In this document: positions 47,516 to 55,448 of the stretch, piece by piece
Position numbering within the stretch: position 1 is the first letter of the stretch
How the letters are laid out: each line of letters opens with the position of its first letter
The notes under the pieces: model-generated
Database searches by the model: none
Seen by the model: the letters and a program-made list of their open reading frames with translations, nothing else
What the model was told of the DNA's origin: nothing
Position numbers and translations under genes: made by a program
Virus record (IMG/VR): IMGVR_UViG_3300017971_007887
Location: 7,523-71,522 of that record
Direction: 5' to 3' (one strand)
DNA length: 64,000 bases
Source of the DNA: a virus

Positions 47516-47923
47516 TTACTCCTCTTCCGGCCACTTCTCCTTGATGGCCACTGCGATGTACCTCACCGACCGGAACGGCCGCGGTTCGATCCGATCCAAC
47601 ACTTTGAATTTCAGCACCCTGGACACCGACCACTTCTTCGGTCGCCCTCCTAACGCGCGCTCCCATTCTTCCCTGGCCCGGTCGATAGCGGTCTGCGGTT
47701 TTCGATGTCGTCCCCACGCGCCCTGCCCGTATTCGTTGACTAGATGCACCTCGTATTGGATCGAGCAGTTGTTCAACATGTTGCGAACAAACCGCCGTCC
47801 ATTTTCAAATTCCAAATACTTCTCCAGGCGCCGTTCCACTGTCCAACAATTGACGCAGCGTTTCGTGCCAGTGTAGTCGGTCGGTTCTCCGCACGTCTTG
47901 CAAGGCACCTTGACCGTCATCAC
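47516..47923 (-). CDS. hypothetical Zn-finger early protein
   Basis: CKTCGEPT...TKRCVNCW. Confidence 0.6.
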   Translation of the reverse strand: MMTVKVPCKTCGEPTDYTGTKRCVNCWTVERRLEKYLEFENGRRFVRNMLNNCSIQYEVHLVNEYGQGAWGRHRKPQTAIDRAREEWERALGGRPKKWSVSRVLKFKVLDRIEPRPFRSVRYIAVAIKEKWPEEE

Positions 47924-48774
47924 ATCACCTCGTACTTCAGAATCTTCTTCTTGGGGTTGTACAACACCTTCACGTCCGGGCCGTCCTCGCCCAGTTGGGT
48001 CCGGGCGCTCAGGGTGTACCCGGCCTTCTTGTTCCTCTTGCCGGTCTCCTCTCCAAGCTGCACCAAGCCGGTCTCCCCGGCCTTCACACCCACCTGCTCG
48101 CGCTTGCGGGCCCTGGCGCTGGCCTTGACTTCCTTGGCCGGCTTGCTGACCTTCTCCACGCCGTTGACACCGGATACCTGGGCCGCCCGTTCCACCTTCT
48201 TGGGCCGTCCGGGCGACCGGGACTCGATGCCCCGTTCCGCACGCTGCTTTTTGGCCACCTGCTTCAACTCCGCGGCTGTCGCGCCGTCGGCAGCCATGCG
48301 GGTCAACTCCTTGCGGGCGTCCTCGTCGCTCGCCCGGGCGATCACGTAACTGATGCTCGGGCCGAACCTAGCGGCCATGTTGCGGTCCATCGCCCTGGCG
48401 ACCGCCATCATGTTGTACGCCGTTTGCGGCGTTCGGATCTCCTTGATGGACGCCAGGTACTTGCTGAACGACTCATGTCCGCCGTACTTCCAAAGCATCT
48501 TGTCCTGCACCTGCAGGAGCGCCTGACCGACTTCGAAAAACCGCAGCCCGATCTCCCGGGTTCCGGCCTTTACCTGCTCGGTCAGGTCTTCCAGCTCTTT
48601 CTGATTCCTGGTGTGATTTTCAGAGCCCGGGGTGTTGTCGATCACCGTGATGCGCCGTCCGGTGTCCGTCACCTCGCCGGTCTTTCCGTTGACGACTTTC
48701 AATGTGTCCTGCTCGGTGGCCGGCTTCGTTTTCATGCCCGGCTTCGATCCGTACTTCCGTTTCGCCTGTGCCAT
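47920..48774 (-). CDS. basic DUF3102-like protein
   Basis: FFEVGQALLQV..LWK..GHESFSKYL..TAYNMMAVA; similar to 34110-35144. Confidence 0.6.
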   Translation of the reverse strand: MAQAKRKYGSKPGMKTKPATEQDTLKVVNGKTGEVTDTGRRITVIDNTPGSENHTRNQKELEDLTEQVKAGTREIGLRFFEVGQALLQVQDKMLWKYGGHESFSKYLASIKEIRTPQTAYNMMAVARAMDRNMAARFGPSISYVIARASDEDARKELTRMAADGATAAELKQVAKKQRAERGIESRSPGRPKKVERAAQVSGVNGVEKVSKPAKEVKASARARKREQVGVKAGETGLVQLGEETGKRNKKAGYTLSARTQLGEDGPDVKVLYNPKKKILKYEVM

Positions 48775-48778
48775 GTTC

Positions 48779-48843
48779 CTACCTCCCTCGTTTGCCCGCT
48801 CCATTGCGGGATAACAGTTCGCAGAAGTATTCCCTCTGCGAAC
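48779..48843 (-). repeat. leader repeat copy 5
   Basis: GUUCGCAGA..UCUGCGAAC; UAU-CCCGC-AAUGGA-GCGGG-CAAACGAGGGAGGUAG. Confidence 0.9.
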
Positions 48844-48848
48844 CTGCG

Positions 48849-49401
48849 CTATTTCCTCGGAGGGGCCGGCCACACGTCGAGCAGCCCTTCCCGAATCTGC
48901 GCGCCCTCCAGGACCCAACAACCAGCGCCTACGTACACCCACGATTTACCGTCCATGATTTTCTTCTCACCAATCTTCATTTCGTCACCCTCCTGACCAC
49001 TTCTGTAGCAACCGCCTTGGACTCCTTTTCGTCCAAACCGAATTCAAAATTGATGATTCTTCCCAGGTAAAGCACCGCCCATTTTGGCGGGTCGTTGGGA
49101 TACTGTGCGATCCTGATCTTCGCCAAGGTACCCAAGAACACCGACCGTCGGGCGAAGTCTTTGACCAGCTCTGGATCCACCTGGCACCGCTTGCAGTAAC
49201 TCTCGCTCTGGTTTTTCTTTCGTCCGCAGGTGCATTTGCTTGAATTGACTGTCATGATAGTTCCTTTCGAACGGTTGATATCACGTGCCATTTAATGGCG
49301 CCAATTTTCTTCATGGTCACATCCTCATGACCGATTATTGTTTTTACGATAAAAAATTCACCAGTCTTCAACGTATAAACAATCTTTCGAAAATCGACCA
49401 T
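48849..49401 (-). other. three small early ORFs (49252-49401, 48977-49255, 48849-48980)
   Basis: Hand translation: MVDFRKIV.. (49 aa), MTVNSSKC.., MKIGEKKI.. (43 aa); ATGA overlaps. Confidence 0.55.
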
Positions 49402-49403
49402 AA

Positions 49404-49470
49404 CTACCTCCCTGTTTTGCCCGGGTTCATTCCCGGGATAGAACGGGGCCGGAATTCTATCCCGACCCCG
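49404..49470 (-). repeat. leader repeat copy 6
   Basis: CGGGGUCGGGA-UAGAA-UUCCGGCCCCG; UAU-CCCGGG-AAUGAA-CCCGGG-CAAAACAGGGAGGUAG. Confidence 0.9.
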
Positions 49471-49475
49471 CCAAC

Positions 49476-50423
49476 TCAGTCGCTTCCGTTGGTGGGCTCT
49501 TGTTCGTCGAACTTCCGATCCAAGATGTAGTCGACCGCCTTCTGGGCCCGTTGCGCCGCGCTGACGATCAGTTTAGGATCGTCCTTCAGCCGCTTGGCCC
49601 AGCTTTTGATGTATGCCGCGCTGTTGCGGTCCACCTTCGGACGGCGCAGTCCGAACTGCGCGTCCAACATGGCGGCCCCGATTTCCGCGACCAACTCTTC
49701 CTTGCTGTAATCCTCGCTGCCGAACGGGTTGATCCTGGCGTCGTAGTCGAACCGCGCACAACGTCCCGGGGTGCCGGTGCTGTGAACAGTCTCGTGCGAC
49801 CGGGTGCGGACATACTCCACGCTGCTCTTGTACTGGCTTTCGGACGGGATGGTGATCGAATCGTCGGCCGGCCGATAAAACGCCCGGTCCGAGCCTTCCT
49901 TGACCTCGATGCCCTCGCGCTTGATGTAGTCGACAAACGCCATGGTCGATTCCTTCACCGACTTGGCCAACGCCTTGCCGTTTTTCTTGGGCTTGTTTTT
50001 GGCCCGAGCCTCTTTGAGCCACTTGGGGTACTTGCTCTTGGGAACGGTCGTTTGCTCCAACGACCAGACCCGGTAGTAGAACATGGTGAAGCTCTTGCGA
50101 ACCTCGTCCGTCTCGGCGCCCTTCTCGTCCTTGACCTTGTACCCGCTGATTTTCCAAAACACCACCGGAATGGACTTCTCGCCCTTCTTGATCCGGCCGC
50201 CCGCTGCGTTGATCATCTTCCTGGTGAGCCAGGGTCCTTCCCGGCCGGTGCTCAGGGTCATCAGCCAATTGAGACCCCGGTACTCCTTGCCGTTCCACCG
50301 ATGGGTGGAAGTGCCGTTGGAAATCCACGGCTTCTCCCATGGGGGAATGTCGTCGTCTTGCATGGCCTGCACGAAAAAATCGGTCACCTTCTGATACGGA
50401 TAAGACACTTTGCCATTCTTCAT
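49476..50423 (-). CDS. ardC: ArdC-like antirestriction protein (ssDNA-binding + zincin-like)
   Basis: PPWEKPW, YRGLN, GGRIKKGEKS..VVFW, AFYRPADDSI.IP, HETVHSTG, YSKEELVAEIGAA. Confidence 0.9.
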   Translation of the reverse strand: MKNGKVSYPYQKVTDFFVQAMQDDDIPPWEKPWISNGTSTHRWNGKEYRGLNWLMTLSTGREGPWLTRKMINAAGGRIKKGEKSIPVVFWKISGYKVKDEKGAETDEVRKSFTMFYYRVWSLEQTTVPKSKYPKWLKEARAKNKPKKNGKALAKSVKESTMAFVDYIKREGIEVKEGSDRAFYRPADDSITIPSESQYKSSVEYVRTRSHETVHSTGTPGRCARFDYDARINPFGSEDYSKEELVAEIGAAMLDAQFGLRRPKVDRNSAAYIKSWAKRLKDDPKLIVSAAQRAQKAVDYILDRKFDEQEPTNGSD

Positions 50424-50425
50424 AA

Positions 50426-50490
50426 CTACCTCCCTGTTTTGCCCGCATCATTGCGGGATAGAGGCGCGACCCGGGAATTACCCGGGCCGC
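50426..50490 (-). repeat. leader repeat copy 7 (before ArdC)
   Basis: GCGGCCCGGG-UAAUU-CCCGGGUCGC; UAU-CCCGCA-AUGA-UGCGGG-CAAAACAGGGAGGUAG. Confidence 0.9.
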
Positions 50491-50499
50491 CCTGCCGGT

Positions 50500-50823
50500 C
50501 TAGTCGGGAATGGATGCCCACTTGCTGACCGAGCGCCGATAGAAGGCGCCGTTCTTTACCATCCAGTCGGCTTCCTTGCGGGCCTTGTCCATGATCTTCC
50601 GGCGCGCCACCCTCTCGTCGCCGTCGTCGCCACAGAAATGACCGATCATCAGGTTGATCAGTTCCTGCCTGATGTGCTGCAGGCTGCCGACGCAGTTCCA
50701 GTCGCCGTCGCGGCCCAGCTCCTCGGACACCTCAGCGACGACCTTCAGCAGTCCGCTGATCTCCTTGGTCGCCTCGGACACCAGGTTGATCCTCCGCTTC
50801 TCGTCCTTGTTCAGCTTCGCCAT
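50500..50823 (-). CDS. hypothetical protein, first early ORF
   Basis: DWNCVGSLQHIRQEL helical motif. Confidence 0.7.
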   Translation of the reverse strand: MAKLNKDEKRRINLVSEATKEISGLLKVVAEVSEELGRDGDWNCVGSLQHIRQELINLMIGHFCGDDGDERVARRKIMDKARKEADWMVKNGAFYRRSVSKWASIPD

Positions 50824-50827
50824 CTCG

Positions 50828-50958
50828 TACCTCCCTGTTTTGCCCTGACGTGATTGCCAGGGATAGGACCCGGTGACCCGTTACGGTCACCGAGCCAGAC
50901 ACCTACTCGTTCTGTTTTGCCCGGCGTCGCCGGGATGGTTGTAAAACTCGTTTTACAA
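50828..50958 (-). repeat. leader repeat copy 8 plus SD-less copy 9
   Basis: UAU-CCCUGGC-AAUCAC-GUCAGGG-CAAAACAGGGAGGUAC; upstream CAU-CCCGGC-GAC-GCCGGG-CAAAACAG. Confidence 0.85.
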
Positions 50959-50959
50959 T

Positions 50960-51577
50960 TTGCCCCGTCCGGGAATCGAACCCGAACAAACCCTCCAGGG
51001 GGACACAAGCCCGGACGAACCGGGCTGTTCCAACACACGTCGATAGACGTGCACGCACCATGTGACTCGACCACGTTTTTGCCCGGAGTGTGCCAGGCCG
51101 ATTCGCGTCAAGTCGATGCGATTTAAAACTAGGGAGGAGGTAGATTTCTAAATCGCCGGCTGCAACCTAAAACCGTCGGTCGGTTCGCCTCTTCGATTTC
51201 GTTCTCCAGGAATTCCCCGGCTCCCTCCTTCAAGGGTTCACCGCGCTCTTTCGAGCGGCGGTCCTGTCTAGACCGCCTCGCTTCATTCCTGGTTCCTGGT
51301 TCCCCGTGGGGTCCTGCCAGCGCCGTTCTTGCTGCCCGCTGGCACCCGGCTAGTTCGCCGGTTGGGCTGTTCGGGTCGCCCCTGCGCTCACCCTTCGATT
51401 GTCAGCCGCACCTAAAAACGCCGGTCGCGATTGCACGCAGGGCTAAGCCGCTCGTCCGGTTCGTGATGTCGGATGCTTCCGGAGTCGCCGCTGTTGGCGC
51501 TCGACGGACGGTGGGGACCGTGCCCATGACCGCTGCCGCCTTGCTTGCCCTGCCGCTCTGTGAGGTGCTTGCTCATA
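50960..51577 (-). ncRNA. candidate ~600-nt structured non-coding RNA or long leader
   Basis: No credible ORF; many hairpins; anti-SD loop hairpin at 51118-51156; internal repeat 51155-51182/51401-51427; T-loop hairpin at the 3' end; promoter upstream. Confidence 0.6.
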
Positions 51578-51582
51578 TGACC

Positions 51583-51612
51583 ATTCTACCAGGTTTACAT
51601 TGTAAACCAAGG
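51583..51612 (-). promoter_or_regulatory. extended -10 promoter with overlapping palindrome
   Basis: TTGGTT-N16-TAGAAT with TGn extension; perfect GGTTTACA-N-TGTAAACC at 51592-51608; upstream T-tract. Confidence 0.6.
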
Positions 51613-51798
51613 AAAATTCCGACAAAAAAACTAAGTAATTGCGGTCAGTTGTATGAATATTTTGGACGAGGGGTTGTTCCGTCTGTGGGACGCCTGCGAC
51701 GACTGTGGTCACCCTGGCTGCCAGGGACGATTGTGGTCTGCCTGTGGTCCTCCTAGCATCCGTTGTGTGGTGCGCCACAGCTCGCTGGCAACCCAGGC

Positions 51799-52038
51799 CT
51801 ACCGGCCTGGCCGGCCAAAAAATCCTACAACCTGGTTGAGCCGCCGTAGGTTTTCTGTGGATGGAGCGGTGCTGCCGCGCAACCACTTGCCGACTGCCAC
51901 CCGACTGGTATGGACAGCCCGAGCGACGCCGGCCAAGCTACCGAGCAGATGCACCGCGCAGCGCACCAGCATTTCCACCTGACCGACCGGCATGCGCTTC
52001 TGCTGGCCATCATCGTCTTCATAGATCACTGCAGCCAT
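51799..52038 (-). CDS. Cro/XRE-type HTH regulator
   Basis: SLAGVARAVHTSRVAVGKWLRGSTAPS.ENLRRL. Confidence 0.75.
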   Translation of the reverse strand: MAAVIYEDDDGQQKRMPVGQVEMLVRCAVHLLGSLAGVARAVHTSRVAVGKWLRGSTAPSTENLRRLNQVVGFFGRPGR

Positions 52039-52098
52039 CTCTGCCTCCCTTCCCCACCGGAGGCCAGGATGCCACAGTCAGGTTACAAATGTAAAGAG

Positions 52099-52464
52099 CT
52101 ACTTCTTGGTCAGCAGAACGACACCACCACCCACGAGTACGCCTGCAACCAGAGCGGTCGCGGCGATCAGAATCACAGTACCGGTGGACCAGGTCTCAGA
52201 GTTGACCTGGTGCTTGCCCCTGCACAGGTCCAGATCCTTTCGGCACCGGGCCTCGCTGCGGCCCGCCTCGAGAACCCGCTCCATCTGCTCCCGAGTGAAG
52301 CAGCCCTTCTCACCAGGCTCACACCACTTCTTGCGGACTAACGAAGGCGGCCCCGGCGTGGTGCCTTCACCACCGTGCTCCTCTACCGGGGCCGGTTTCC
52401 TTTCCTGTCCGCTAGCCGGTGCCACCATCAGCACGGTAGCGATCAAGCATGTCAAGAATCTCAT
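52099..52464 (-). CDS. exported protein with C-terminal TM (spanin-like position)
   Basis: Signal peptide, Cys-containing middle, C-terminal hydrophobic helix; overlaps the 3' end of the upstream gene. Confidence 0.5.
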   Translation of the reverse strand: MRFLTCLIATVLMVAPASGQERKPAPVEEHGGEGTTPGPPSLVRKKWCEPGEKGCFTREQMERVLEAGRSEARCRKDLDLCRGKHQVNSETWSTGTVILIAATALVAGVLVGGGVVLLTKK

Positions 52465-52660
52465 CGTGCAGCTCCTCATCGCTCAGGGCGCGGATCTCCT
52501 CCCGGTCGTTCAGCCTGGCGATTACGTCCAGGGCTGCGTCGCGCTCCGCCCTGAACCTGGCCTTGTCCCTGCGCTCCTTGACCACCCACAGGACCAGGAC
52601 GGTGCCGCCCACCAGGACGGCCCCCGCGATCACGACCACCAGCAGGTTCTGCCAGGCCAT
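52412..52660 (-). CDS. N-terminal TM + coiled coil (i-spanin-like)
   Basis: MAWQNLLVVVIAGAVLVGG..; RAERDAAL. Confidence 0.5.
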   Translation of the reverse strand: MAWQNLLVVVIAGAVLVGGTVLVLWVVKERRDKARFRAERDAALDVIARLNDREEIRALSDEELHDEILDMLDRYRADGGTG

Positions 52661-53112
52661 CACCCGCTCGCCTTGCGGATCTTCCTGGCCTCCACCTTGT
52701 CGGCGAACTTGGCCCGGCTCTCCTTGCTGAAGATCAGCTTGCCGAACGCGCTCCACATCAGGGTCGCCGGTCCAGAGGCAGTGAACGACTGGTAGATCGC
52801 AACACCCACGTCAACATCCGGCTTGGCCAACTCCACAGCGCAACTGCACAAGACTCCCACGACAGGCGCCAGGAATGCCAACCACAGCGGTTCCTTGACG
52901 ATGAACCTGGCGATGGCCCACACCGCAAGCATGATGGCGGTGGCCCCCACAACCCACCAGTCGCCCCCCTGGAACGCGCTGGCCAGGAACGCCAAAACAC
53001 CGCCAAGGTTCTCGTCGGGATCCAAGCTGGTCTCCTGCGCGATCACCGCCACCGAGTACATCAGCACCCACAACCCAGTCAGCATCAGCATCAGCCTCTT
53101 TATTTCCTTCAT
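52660..53112 (-). CDS. multi-TM holin-like protein
   Basis: Three to four hydrophobic segments, basic C-terminus; follows the tail genes. Confidence 0.55.
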   Translation of the reverse strand: MKEIKRLMLMLTGLWVLMYSVAVIAQETSLDPDENLGGVLAFLASAFQGGDWWVVGATAIMLAVWAIARFIVKEPLWLAFLAPVVGVLCSCAVELAKPDVDVGVAIYQSFTASGPATLMWSAFGKLIFSKESRAKFADKVEARKIRKASG

Positions 53113-53123
53113 CACTGCCTCCT

Positions 53124-55448
53124 TTATGGCCCGTTCAGGATCGGGCTGCTGTAAACATTCCACGTGTAGGGCGCGTTCGGCCCGCTGGCGATATCCGGCG
53201 TCAGAGTCGCCCCGACTGCGTCATTGAAGTCGATGTAGCACATCGGGTACGTGTCTGGATCGCAAATCTCGTAAGGTTTGATTGCGTTGTCCAGGATCTG
53301 CTGCAGCTGGCCACCGGTGTATCTATAACCCTTCACCCATAGCGCCCAGTATATGCGACCCTTGTAGAACTGCTGCGCGTAATCGGGTGCACTAGAATGC
53401 CCGTGGGCGGCAATCCTGACGCGGGACGAGCTGTCGTCTGTGACTGAGCCGAAGCAGAACGAGTAGGTGTTGATCGCCTGCGGGGTGTCGTCGTATATGC
53501 TACGGTACGACGAGTCTATGCTGTTCTTGAACCTGCCGGCGAGCACTGTGTCTATGAACGGGTGCGCCATGTCCCCGGTCTCTGCGTTCTGTAACCCGAA
53601 CGCTCCGCGCCAGACTCCGAACCCGACCGGCCTGCTGTTGCCCGCCGGGAACGTCCCGTGGTGCGTGGTGTACAGCTTCCAGGAGTTGTTCCCGCCCGGG
53701 TAGCCATCCTTGGTGTAGAGGCCATACGTACTGACAGCCGCGACTCCAGACGCTTCCTGCCTGACGCCGACTATCACCGAGCACTCACCCTCGTCGATCT
53801 CGAAGTCCTGGTTGCTCGCCAACCACAGGTGGTCGTCCACCCCGTCGAACCACCACCAGTCGGCCCATGGATCCTCTATGACCTCGGCCGAAAGGACCAC
53901 CGGGGCTATCGGCTTGTATACCTCACTGTAGTCGTCGATGCTCACCAGGTCCAGCACCATGTCGCTGCCTGTGCCGCGCCGGATACCGATCACCTTGAAC
54001 AGGGAGTCCCAGTTTTGGAACTCGTCCTCCACCCTCACGGTGGCCCACAGGGGAACGTTCACCGCACCCAGGTTGACCCGATAGCTGACGAACACACGCA
54101 TTCGGCTGTAAGTCTCGACGTACCAGTCCATCAACCAGGCAGCACCGTCATCGCTGTTCAGATCCCCCGCGTCCACGTCGCCCATAGCGCGCCGGCCGTA
54201 CCTTTCCTCCGACCTGCGGCAATCCTGGTTGTTGGAGGAGGTCTTCTCCAGGACGGATATCTTGCCGCCCCTGAGGCTGCTGCGGTTGTACCTGATCACG
54301 AACTCGTTGAACACGTCCGACCGCTTGGTTTCGGTCGGCCCGGATACGCACTCCTGGATACTACCGTCCGCGAACGACAGGTGGTGCATCACGTCCCGAT
54401 CCCACGTCAACGGCTTGAACTCGTACTTCCTGCCCCGCGGGATCATGCCGATGGGCAGCATTCGCAGGACACGGTCGATCAGGACTTTCAGTACCCCGCC
54501 CCTGGAAGACCTTGAGTTGAACACCATGCCCAGGTCTACTTTGGGCATGGCCAGCTTCACCTGCTTCAGCGACGACAGGTCGAACACATCGTCGTTGTTG
54601 GCGAAGAACGTGAGCAGGTACCGAATCACCGACTCGACATCGGTATTTGCGTGACCGGTCACGTCGGCGGTCACCTCCGCAGTGGCCGCGTTGTCGTTGG
54701 TGGTCACCCGGTGGTAGACGTTCCCCTCCGCGTCGGTCTGCCTGGTCTGCGCGGACACCGTCAACGCAGTGTCCTGATCGTACACCTCGGACACCTGGGC
54801 CCCTCCGGCGTACTCGTCCATAGGGTCGCCCATGGCCAGGAACACGTTACCCGCGATGGCACCGTCGATGTTGAGCACGGGCGACTTCTTGCAGCTTCCA
54901 ATCACAATGGGGTACGGCTTGCCAACATGGTCGTCGATCAGATTCGGTATCTTGGTCTGGTCGGCCACCACCGGGGGGAACCGCTGCTCGCCCTCCAGGC
55001 GGGTGTCCTCCACCCTGAAGTCGACGGTCTTCTCCTGTTCGTTATACGTGGGGTCCTGCAGCCGGCCGCGCAGAAGGTGGAACGCCTGGTCGAAGGTGAA
55101 ATCCCTGCCGATGATGTGCCAGTACACGTCCACCCTGATGTCCTGCAGTAGCAGCCCCGTTCTTCTCATCTCGGGGATTGGAAACCGCTCGGACATCACC
55201 GTGAACTTCATGTCCTGCACGCTCGGCTGTCGACCGAATACGTCCACCTTCTCCTTGTGCACCGGGTCGTTCATGATGGCCCCGTGGAACCTCATCCACG
55301 GGCCGTCGGCGGCGGACTGCACATCCACGTCGATGGTGCTGAAGCAGTACCGGTTGCCGCCGGCGTTGATGTCCACCAGGATGCACGCGCGCGCGTTGCG
55401 GTCGTCGGCCAGGCCCTGCCAGCCGTTCTTTTTTACATAGAAGCTCAA
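53124..55448 (-). CDS. tail tip / hub protein with C-terminal LamG-like domain
   Basis: GKPYPIVIG, NEFVIRY...SEERYG; WFDGVDD...FYKGRIY; position after the TMP. Confidence 0.65.
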   Translation of the reverse strand: MSFYVKKNGWQGLADDRNARACILVDINAGGNRYCFSTIDVDVQSAADGPWMRFHGAIMNDPVHKEKVDVFGRQPSVQDMKFTVMSERFPIPEMRRTGLLLQDIRVDVYWHIIGRDFTFDQAFHLLRGRLQDPTYNEQEKTVDFRVEDTRLEGEQRFPPVVADQTKIPNLIDDHVGKPYPIVIGSCKKSPVLNIDGAIAGNVFLAMGDPMDEYAGGAQVSEVYDQDTALTVSAQTRQTDAEGNVYHRVTTNDNAATAEVTADVTGHANTDVESVIRYLLTFFANNDDVFDLSSLKQVKLAMPKVDLGMVFNSRSSRGGVLKVLIDRVLRMLPIGMIPRGRKYEFKPLTWDRDVMHHLSFADGSIQECVSGPTETKRSDVFNEFVIRYNRSSLRGGKISVLEKTSSNNQDCRRSEERYGRRAMGDVDAGDLNSDDGAAWLMDWYVETYSRMRVFVSYRVNLGAVNVPLWATVRVEDEFQNWDSLFKVIGIRRGTGSDMVLDLVSIDDYSEVYKPIAPVVLSAEVIEDPWADWWWFDGVDDHLWLASNQDFEIDEGECSVIVGVRQEASGVAAVSTYGLYTKDGYPGGNNSWKLYTTHHGTFPAGNSRPVGFGVWRGAFGLQNAETGDMAHPFIDTVLAGRFKNSIDSSYRSIYDDTPQAINTYSFCFGSVTDDSSSRVRIAAHGHSSAPDYAQQFYKGRIYWALWVKGYRYTGGQLQQILDNAIKPYEICDPDTYPMCYIDFNDAVGATLTPDIASGPNAPYTWNVYSSPILNGP

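Noticed and set aside
43824-50958. Leader repeats as a CRISPR array or integron attC cassettes
   Set aside because: The intervals are whole genes of 0.3-2.7 kb, the repeats contain the SD, there are no R-box ends, and no cas or integrase gene is in the window.
50960-51040. Full tRNA or tmRNA gene
   Set aside because: Only a T-arm is present; no matching 7-bp acceptor, anticodon arm, CCA or tag ORF could be built.
51443-51886. ORFs 51443-51886 and 50811-51074 as proteins
   Set aside because: Low-complexity translations with no SD, overlapping the promoter, palindrome and hairpins.
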